A stretch of 64,000 nucleotides of DNA, taken from assembly GCF_018350175.1 (NCBI RefSeq), contig NC_058368.1:71116001-71180000 (forward strand), given 5' to 3'. Of this stretch, positions 55,514 to 64,000 are shown piece by piece; within the stretch, counting starts at the first letter, position 1, and each line of letters starts with the position of its first letter. This DNA is from Felis catus. Its lineage: Eukaryota. Below the pieces are notes generated by a model. That model searched no databases and was not told where the DNA came from. It saw nothing but the letters and a program-made list of their open reading frames with translations. Position numbers and translations under genes: made by a program.

Positions 55514-55643
55514 TAAATATGGCCAAGAAACAGAGCTTAGCAGGAGAGGAGAGCCAGCGAAGTGACAGGGGAAGCTACAGATCTGTGGACTCTGCCAAAC
55601 ACAGTGGTGGCAGGGCCTAGCAGCTACAAAGAAGACATATTTT

Positions 55644-55853
55644 TTTTTTCAACGTTTATTTATTTTTGGGACAGAGAGAGACAGAGCATGAATGGGGGAG
55701 GGGCAGAGAGAGAGGGAGACACAGAATCGGAAACAGGCTCCAGGCTCTGAGCCATCAGCCCAGAGCCTGACGCGGGGCTCAAACTCACGGACCGCGAGAT
55801 CGTGACCTGGCTGAAGTCGGATGCTTAACCGACTGCGCCACCCAGGCGCCCCC
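55644..55853 (-). mobile_element. Young felid-type Can-SINE in the pseudogene 3' UTR
   Basis: TSD aaagaagacatatttt (55628 / 55854). Confidence 0.95.
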
Positions 55854-56093
55854 AAAGAAGACATATTTTAGACAAGACTCAATGTGTATGGGCAAAAACC
55901 TTGAGGGCTGTTATTTGTGCGTAATTGTATAACAGGTTATTGTAGTTTCTGTTCTGCGGAAAGTGTAAAACATTCCAACAAAGGGTTTTAATGTAGGTTT
56001 TTTTGTTTTTGCTTTTGTTTGCACTCATGCTGTTGATTGCTAAATGTAATAGTCTGATCATGACACTAAGTAAATGTGTCTTTAAAAAAAGAG

Positions 56094-56312
56094 GGGGGCA
56101 CCTGGGTGTCTCAGTCAGTTAAGTGCCTGACTCTTGGTTTTGGCTGAGGTCGTGATCTCACAGTTGTGAGTTTGAGCCCTGCATCAGGCTCTGTGCTGAC
56201 ACTGGGGAGTCTGCTTGGGATTCTCTCGCTGCCTCTCTCTCTGTCCTCTCTCCACCCCTCTCACACATGCTCTTTCTCCCTCAAAATAAATAAACATTAA
56301 AAAAAATAAACT
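56094..56312 (+). mobile_element. Can-SINE
   Basis: ggggcacctgggtgtctcagtcagttaag head, CT-rich body, A-tail. Confidence 0.9.
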
Positions 56313-56424
56313 TAAAATAGTTTTTGTGATGTCGCATTTTAGTGAAATTTTCTGAGTTCTACAACTTCCATTTTTTGAGTTGCTTAAATTTCTATCCTAA
56401 TGAGTAGCAACTCAGTTAAATGTT

Positions 56425-56746
56425 TCTTTTTTTTTTTTTAAAGATTTTTCAAAAAATATTTTATTTTATTTATTTTTATTTTTTTATTTTAGTCTGAGAG
56501 AGAGAGAGTGCATACGCTGGGGAGTGGGGCAGAAGGAGAGAGAGAAGAGACTCTTAAGCTGAGTGTAGAGGCCAACGTGGGGCTTGATCCCAAGACCCTG
56601 GGATCATGACCTGACTTGAAATCAAGAGTCAGACATTCAACCCACTGATCCACCCAGGTGCACCTAAGATTTTATTTTTCAGCAATCGAACTTAATCCAA
56701 AGACTAACAGTCACATGCTCTAACAACTGGGACAGCCAGGTACCCC
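56425..56746 (-). mobile_element. Can-SINE plus a short older SINE
   Basis: T-tails; heads at ~56664 and ~56746. Confidence 0.8.
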
Positions 56747-56818
56747 TGTAAATATTTCTTCTTTGTGATCCAAAATGTTCTTAGTTTATTTTAATTAAGA
56801 AAAAGAATGTCTTTATTT

Positions 56819-56868
56819 TTCTCTTCTCTTCTCTTCTCTTCTCTTCTCTTCTCTTCTCTTCTCTTCTT
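56819..56868. repeat. (CTCTT)n pentanucleotide repeat (probably derived from an L1 tail)
   Basis: Directly visible. Confidence 0.9.
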
Positions 56869-57545
56869 TTAATTCCAGTATAGTTAACATACACAGTGTT
56901 GTATTAGTTTCAGGTGTAGAATATAGTGGTTCAGCACTTCCGTACATCATCCAGTGCTCATCACAAGAAGTACACTCCTTAATCCCTGTCACTTATTCCA
57001 CCCATCCACCTACCTTCCTCCCCTCTGATAACCATCAGTTTGTTCTTTGTAGTTAAGAGTATGCTTCTTGGCTTGTCTCTCTCTCTTTTTCCTTTGCTCA
57101 TTTGTTTTTTAAATTTTGCATATGAGTGAAATCATAGGGTATTTGTCTTTCTCTGACTTTTTTTTTACTTAGTATTACATACTCTTTAGCTCCATCCATG
57201 TTGTTGCAAATGGCAGGATTTTATTCTTTTTATGGCTGAATAATATTCCGTTGTATAAATAAACCACATCTTAAAAAAAATTTAATGTTTATTTTTGAAG
57301 GAAGGGGGCAGAGAAAGAGGGAGACACAGCATCTGAAACAGACTCCAGGGTCTGAGCTGTCATCCCAGAGCCCGACTCAAGGCTCAAACTCATGAACGGT
57401 GAGATCCTGACTTGAGCCGAAGTCAAACACTTAACCGATTGAGCCACCCAGGCGCCCCGATATACCACATCTTCTTTATCCATTCATCTATCGATAGAAC
57501 ACTTGGGCTGCTTCCATCATTTGCTATCGTAAATAATGCTGCTGG
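56868..57545 (-). mobile_element. Short L1 3'-end fragment with a nested Can-SINE (~57275-57458)
   Basis: Homologous to the L1 3' UTR at 44140-44700; SINE TSD accacatctt. Confidence 0.85.
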
Positions 57546-57959
57546 TAGAATGTCTTGCTGTAGATAAACAAATGGGTTCTCAAAAATAAATTTCAAAAGA
57601 ATGTATTTGTGTAAAAAACATACTCTTGTAGTAAAACTTTAGAATTCTCTTAGCAAATTTACGGATTTTTTATTTTAACGAATTTAAATAAAGCAGTAGT
57701 TGCATTGCTAAAAGTTGTGTTAGGTTACTTGGAGTTTTCTTTTGCCATCTTCTGTGTATTTCTCATCTCACACTGGAATGTTCTTCCATTTGCAGTATCA
57801 ATACAGAGAAAGGGAAAGCAAGTCAACTATACTTGGCCCTTGAGATTAGGGGGCAATCTTATTGAGTTGTTAATATACCAGAACAGGCCGCAATAAAATG
57901 TTTTGGCTATGAAAAATATAGATGAGTACAACTTTAAACATCAATTAAAAATATGTACA

Positions 57960-58180
57960 GGGGCACCTGGGTGGCTCAGTCGGCTGAACTTCTGACTTTG
58001 GCTCAGGTCATGATCTCCTGGTTGACTAGTTCGAGGGCCCCGCATCAGGCTCTGTGCTGACAGCTCGGAGCCTGGAGCCTGCTTCAGATTCTGTGTCTCC
58101 CTCTCTCTCTGCCCCTCCTCCGCTTATGCTGTGTCTTTCTCTCTCTCAAAAATAAATATAAACATTAAAAAAAATAAGTA
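57960..58180 (+). mobile_element. Can-SINE
   Basis: ggggcacctgggtggctcagtcgg head, A-tail. Confidence 0.9.
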
Positions 58181-58189
58181 CAAATAATA

Positions 58190-59340
58190 AAAACTTACGT
58201 GTAGCAATAAATACAACAAGCAATGTGAAAAGACATATGACTAAGTGGGAAAAATATTTGCAATTCATATTTGCAAAGCAATAAGATCCCTAAAATATAA
58301 AGCGTTTTAGAAATAAATCAAGACCAGAGCAACAACCCAGTAGAAAAATGTAGAAAATATTTTAACAGATAGTTCAGAAAAAGAAATCTTTTAAATATGT
58401 GAAAAGATGTTCAGTTTCACACCGAATTAAAGCCATACTGAGATAAATCATTTTTCACCTATGAAATGGGCAGAACTTCAAGTTTGGTAACATACTTTGT
58501 TAGAGAGATGGTGAGGAAATAGGCGTGTTGCTGGTAGAAGTACAAAAAGGTACAAACTTTATGGGGGCAAACTTGTTAATATGTAGAAGGTTTACATTTG
58601 GTTTACTCTTGTGCTAGTTTTCTGTTGTTGCTGTAACACGTTAGTACGAACTTAGTCACTTAACTGACACATTTATTATAGTCCTAGAGGTCAGAAGTCT
58701 GAGATGGCTCTATAGGGCTGCATTCCTTCTGGAGATTCTAGGAGAGTATTTCTTTGTCCTTTTTAGTTTCTAGAGACCATGTATATTCCTTGGTTCATGG
58801 CCCCTTCTCTGTCTTCAAAGGCAGTAGTATAGCATCTTTCCTCTCAGACCTGCCTTACTCTATGTGGACCTTCATGATTACATCAAGCCCACCCAGACAA
58901 TTTGGGGTAGAAGTAAGGAGGTCCATAACTTAATCGTATTTGTAGAGTTTCTTTTTTATGTAAGGTAACATGTTCACAGGATCCTGGGATTAGGATGTCC
59001 ACACCTTTAGAGGCCCTTTTTCTGTCTGCCACACCCTTTGACAAAATATTTCCACTTGTAGAAATCCATCTTGCAGATACATCTACATATGTGAGGATAT
59101 CATTGCTTCTAATAGCCAAAGATTGGAAACAACATGTCCTGTGATAGGGGTCTGGTTAAATAAACAATGGTACACCCACTAAGTCAATAGAATGTAACTA
59201 TAAAAGAGAACGAGGACAATCTAAATGCACCGATATAGAGAGATCTCAGATGTATTGAAAAGTGAAAAAGGCAAACAGCTGAAGACAGTATCTATTATGC
59301 TACCTTTTTTTAAAGGGTAAAATATGTTTTGCTTGTGTTG
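58190..59340 (+). mobile_element. Old L1M 3' region interrupted by an MLT1 LTR
   Basis: Decayed L1 motifs (gggaaaaatatttgcaattcatat; ccctttgac...ttccactt; atagccaaagattggaaacaac). Confidence 0.7.
58611..59033. mobile_element. MLT1 (MaLR) solo LTR
   Basis: TG...CA-bounded segment with MLT1 hallmarks: gctgtaaca, gaggtcagaagtctgagat, cattccttctggag, taaggtaacatgttcacagg. Confidence 0.75.
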
Positions 59341-59357
59341 CATAAATGCTGGATAAT

Positions 59358-60242
59358 GACATGGGGCTTGAACCCACGGACCAGGAGATCATGACCTGAA
59401 CCGAAGTCGGACACTTAACTGACTGAGCCACCCAGGCGCCCTATCAATTAAACATTTTTATCTTTTATTTTTTCCTAATTTTTTGTTTTGAGACCTTCCT
59501 TCCTTCCTTCTTTTCTTTCTTTCTTTTTCTTTCTTTCTCTCTCTCTCCATTCCTTTCTCTCTCCCTCCCTTCCCTCCTTCTCTCTTAAGTAATTTCTACA
59601 CCAAGTGTGGGGCTCAAACTCACAATCCTGAGATCAGGAGTTGCATTCTCTATTGGCTGAGCCAACCAGGTGCCCCTGTTTTGAGACTTTTCAAACATAT
59701 TTACATGAGTAATTTGACATCATGAACTTTCACCCCAGCGTGCACCTGCTAAGATTAAGGACATACTCCGTTATAAATGTACTACCATTATCACAACTTA
59801 GTTACCGTCTAATATCCAGTTCATATTCACATTTATCCAGTTGTTTCAACAAATGCTCTTTATAGCTTAATAAAGATACAAAGTTTCTACACTGTTATCT
59901 CTTTAGGCTTTTTTGGTCTAGAATAGTTCCTCACTTTTTATTTTCTTTTCATAACATTAATAGTAAATATTTTTGAAAGGTCCAGACTACTTTTCATTTA
60001 GTATGTCTAACATTCTGTGTTTGTTTCCTCATGATATCATTTAACCCATTGTATCACTTCTTTTTTTTATGTTTATTTATTTATTTTGGGGGGGAAGGGG
60101 CAGAGAGGGAGGGAGAGAGAATTATAAGTAGTCTCCATGCTCATTGTGGAGCCCCATGTAGGGCTCAACCTCACTGCGAGAACATGACCTGAGCCAAAAT
60201 CAAGAGTCGGTTGCCCAACTGACTGAGGCACTCAGGCGTCCC
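59358..60242 (-). mobile_element. Cluster of Can-SINEs and fragments (59358-59441, ~59585-59677, 60060-60242)
   Basis: Reverse-strand SINE heads (gagccacccaggcgcc and variants). Confidence 0.75.
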
Positions 60243-60559
60243 ATCATTTCTCATTTGTATAAACTTGCTATAAATCTGGAGGTTTGATTAGACTCAGGTT
60301 AAGTACATAATGTCATTTTGTTCCGTTATTAGTGATGCTGCATTTGGTCATTTGGTTAAGGTGGTGATTGTCAGTTCTCTGTCTCATAAAGGTACCTTTT
60401 CTCCTTTGTAGTTGAAAGTAATCTATGGAGAGATCCCACTGTGGAAATATGCCTTCACCTGAAGAATAAACATACATTTAACTGTCTTATTTGGCTTGCC
60501 CTGATGTAGGGTTGATTCATTTTTATAGGCTCAAGATCAGAAGACACTTCCATTTAGAA

Positions 60560-60777
60560 TAGTGGTTCTCAACGGGGGGTAATTTTGCCCCACAGGGAAC
60601 ATTTGGGGATGTCTAGAGACTTTTTTGGTTGTCACAACTGAGAGGAGGTGCACGCTACTAGCATGTAGTGAGTAGAGGCCAGAGATGCTTTCTGTATCTT
60701 ACATTGTACAGGAAAGCCCCCATAGCAAAGAATTATTTGGCCCAAAATGTCAGTAGTTCTACTGTTGAGAAACTTTG
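60560..60777. mobile_element. MER20 hAT-Charlie DNA transposon
   Basis: agtggttctcaac...attttgcccc...ttttggttgtcacaact...gtagaggccagagatgct...ggcccaaaatgtca...gttgagaaac, with terminal inverted ends. Confidence 0.88.
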
Positions 60778-61014
60778 ACTGACCTAGATGTAGAATTAAG
60801 CTTCTTTCTCACACACCGTTCATTTCGGAGACACTAGTAAAATTTTAGAGCCTGTCTTCAGTGGTGGTAGAAACCAAGCAGATGTTAGAGGCCATCAAAA
60901 TTTTACCATATTTCAAAAGCAGGCAGATTTTTACTTCCCACCTGTGATGTCTTTCCTTTTCCTTTTTTTTTATAGGTATATTTTCAAGAAAGATTTAAAT
61001 TCCTTTTCTCTACT

Positions 61015-61131
61015 TTTTTTTTTTAAAAAAAGATTTTATTTATAAGTAATCTCTGCACCCAGTGTGGGGCCTGAACCCACAACCCCAACAGCGAGAGTCA
61101 CATGTTCCATTAACTGGGCCAGCCAGGTGCC
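61015..61131 (-). mobile_element. Short Can-SINE
   Basis: aagattttatttataagtaatctctgcacccagtgtgggg...gccagccaggtgcc. Confidence 0.8.
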
Positions 61132-62166
61132 ATGCTTTTCTCTACTCTTAATAAATTAATAATATAAGGACAAAAAGATGAAAACTCTAGAATTGACACA
61201 TTGAAGCATTTTTGTCTGTTTTTTTGTTTCCTAGAAGATTTTGTAATGTCATCTTAAAAGCCCCAGTACCAGGAAAGAAAAATAGAGAAAGAGAAATATT
61301 AAGTTAAGAATTCACTGTTACAAAAATGGCCCAGAAAGAGTAACCAGAGTTCAAGAAGGGTCAGGGGAGTGCAGAGGGCATTTCCACTCTCACACCTGTA
61401 AGTTATTAATGACCTTTGAAGTGATTGTTGATGGAAGCACTTGTACATTTGAGCTGCTTCATATGTATACTTAGTGTGTTCAGAGAACTGCCTAGCTTCT
61501 GGAGCCCTGAAATATCTTCAAGCTGCATCAGAGATCAAACGGCAAAATCCATGACTTGGGAATATCACGTAGCCATGTGACATATGGAAGGATCCAGAGG
61601 ATGGGAACCAATGCCTACATAACTACTCTGTATATTTTTAACTCTGAGAGATTTAGCATTGTTTCCATACCTTTTAAAATAGCAATCTCAGAAAATAATG
61701 TCCCAAAGTTTCAAGATAAAGTAGTAAGGGGTAAAGTTTTTATACATTTATTTTGGGTTCCTATTCTTAAAAGGTTAGAACATAAGTGCCTTGTTTTCAT
61801 TCAAGTTGTCATTGGATAGCTTGTATAGCATTTGTTTGTTTTAGGTTTTGAACTCCTGGGACAAGGACATTGCCTTTCCCTATTAAGAGCTGAGTCAACA
61901 ATTTTGTTTGCACTTAGCAAATAGGGAATCACCCAAGTCTGACTTCTCTTTCCTGTGCCATGGAGTGAGCACATGAATGCATCCAGCAGCTGTAGTTACA
62001 TTTTTGGAGAAGGCAGCAAAGTACCTAAGTCTGTGCTTTTATTTTATTTTATTTTTTTCACTATTAATATTTCTTAAAATTCTTTTTCATGCTTTTTTAC
62101 AACCTGCTTTCCAACTAGAATAACATAGCAACTGTTGGCATGACATGGTATTAAGAAATAATCCTA

Positions 62167-62376
62167 GGGGCGCCTGGGTGGCGCAGTCGGTTAAGCGTCC
62201 GACTTCAGCCAGGTCACGATCTCGCGGTCCGTGAGTTCGAGCCCCGCGTCAGGCTCTGGGCTGATGGCTCAGAGCCTGGAGCCTGTTTCCGATTCTGTGT
62301 CTCCCTCTCTCTCTGCCCCTCCCTCGTTCATGCTCTGTCTCTCTCTGTCCCAAAAATAAATAAACGTTGAAAAAAA
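62167..62376 (+). mobile_element. Young felid-type Can-SINE
   Basis: 14-bp TSD aagaaataatccta (62153-62166 / 62377-62390). Confidence 0.96.
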
Positions 62377-62501
62377 AAGAAATAATCCTAAAGAATTCAA
62401 TGGAAAATTATAGAACATGATTTACTTCCCAAGTATAATTTCTACTTCCTATTATTAGGCAAGTGTTTCAGGCGACTAGTTGGATTAGAAAGTAAGAATT
62501 A

Positions 62502-62727
62502 AGGGGCACCTGGGTGGCTCAGTCAGTTGAGCGTCTCACTTCGGCTCAGGTCATGATCTCACGGTTCGTGAGTTTGGGCCCCGCATCGGGCTCTGTGCTG
62601 ACAGCTCAGAGCCTGGAGCCTGCTTTCTATTCTGTATTTCCCTCTCTCTCTGCTCCTCCCCCCCACACGCTCTCTCTCTGCCTCTCAAAAATAAAGAAAA
62701 CTAATTTAAAAAAATTAAAAAACAATT
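62502..62727 (+). mobile_element. Can-SINE
   Basis: TSD aagaattaa; standard head and tail. Confidence 0.9.
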
Positions 62728-62896
62728 AAGAATTAAAAGTTAATCTAAATCCTTTGATCATTATTTACACATTTTTCTGTATTTGCTCAATTTCTACAAA
62801 ATACACAAAATTGAAGAAGTAGATGACATAGTTTATGTAATGATTCTTTTATACTATTCTCTATAAATGGGAAAAGGAAATAAGGAAGGGGGGATA

Positions 62897-63125
62897 GGGG
62901 CACCAGCTGGCTCCATTGGCAGAGCATGTGACTCTTGATTTTGGGGTTGTGAGTTTGAGCCCCATGTTGAGCGTAGAGATTACTTAAAAAAATAAAATCT
63001 TGGGGCACTTGACTGGCTCAGTCGGTGGAGCATGTGACTCTTGATCTCAGAGTTGTGAATTCAAGACCCGCAGTGGTGTAGAGATTACTTAAAAATAAAA
63101 TCTTAAAGTAAAAAAAAAAAAAAAA
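62897..63125 (+). mobile_element. Two tandem short Can-SINEs
   Basis: Both read gggcac...agcatgtgactcttgat...gtagagattacttaaaaa. Confidence 0.85.
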
Positions 63126-63436
63126 GGGGGAATAGGAAGATGGTCAGAGTAATTATTCTAATATCTAGGGTATCATCTGTTGTCACTGTCAGTGCCATTT
63201 CTTTATCTTTGAAATTCTAATTATTCTCTATGAAAAAATTAATATACAGCAACACCAAAGTTAATAAGGATAGTACAAGAAAATAAATTATAGGCCTACT
63301 CATTCATAAATCCTAAGTAAATCTAAGCACACTGAATCTGTTGATGAATAAAAATGATGAAATACATCATGACCGAATTGGATTCATTCCAGAAATGCAA
63401 GTTAGTTTAATGTTTGAAAATTGATTTTATTCCAGT

Positions 63437-63454
63437 TTATATATATGGAGTATA

Positions 63455-63500
<46 letters not shown>
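63437..63500. repeat. (TA)n microsatellite within an old L1M fragment (~63230-63620)
   Basis: Directly visible; flanks resemble L1 ORF2. Confidence 0.85.
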
Positions 63501-63503
<3 letters not shown>

Positions 63504-63623
63504 CATATTATCATCTTAATAAATGCAGAAAAATAAAATGAGAACACTCTAAACAAGCTAAGAATATAAATGAACTCCCATAACCTGATAAAGCCCACCT
63601 CCAAAAAATTCATGGCAAATATA

Positions 63624-63958
63624 CCATTGACCCTTGAACAACATGGGGGTTTTCACCACACAGTTGAAATCCTGCATATAACTTTTGACTCCTTAAAAAC
63701 TTAACTACTAATAGCTTACTGCTGACCAGGAGCCTTACCAATAATACAGTCGATTGACACATATTCTGTGTATTACATGTATTATATATTGTATTTTTAT
63801 AATAAATAAACTAGAGAAAAGAAAATGTTATTAAGAAAGCCATAAGGAAGAAAGAATATATTTATAGTGCTGTACTGTAAGAAAGCGGGCTTAGGAATAA
63901 AAATCCACATAAAAATGGACCCATGTATTTCAAACCGGCGTTGTTCAAGGGTCAACTG
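63624..63958. mobile_element. Tigger2-family (TcMar) non-autonomous DNA transposon
   Basis: Terminal inverted repeats ttgacccttgaacaac ... gttgttcaagggtcaactg, flanked by TA dinucleotides (63622-63623, 63959-63960). Confidence 0.88.
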
Positions 63959-64000
63959 TACTTAATTGTGAAATGTTAACAACCTTTATTTTATATCAGG

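Overview
Mammalian genomic DNA, most likely from a cat-family carnivore (judged from the carnivore tRNA-derived Can-SINEs and carnivore-type L1s). The window holds the head-to-head ZIC5-ZIC2 zinc-finger gene pair. ZIC5 is on the minus strand with 2 coding exons (13971 or 13896..12435 and 8111..7669). ZIC2 is on the plus strand with 3 coding exons (24627..25698, 27500..27663, 27889..28251; 532 aa). Both genes have intact GT-AG splice sites and reading frames. The first ~41 kb is CpG-island rich, almost free of recognisable transposons, and has several motif-dense candidate enhancers (TCF/LEF, SOX, RFX, PBX-MEIS, CDX/HOX, NF-Y). From ~42.8 kb the sequence switches abruptly to nested old L1M, younger L1, many Can-SINEs, MLT1 LTRs, MER20, a Tigger2-type element and a processed HNRNPA1 pseudogene. 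I found no convincing new gene or unknown system. The most interesting leads are regulatory or evolutionary: a TATA-like box abutting the longer ZIC5 start codon, repeated PBX-MEIS decamers, possible gene conversion between the inverted ZIC zinc-finger exons, and a compositionally odd ~190-bp segment near 2.9 kb. Motif calls were made by eye, and comparisons with human are from memory and need checking.
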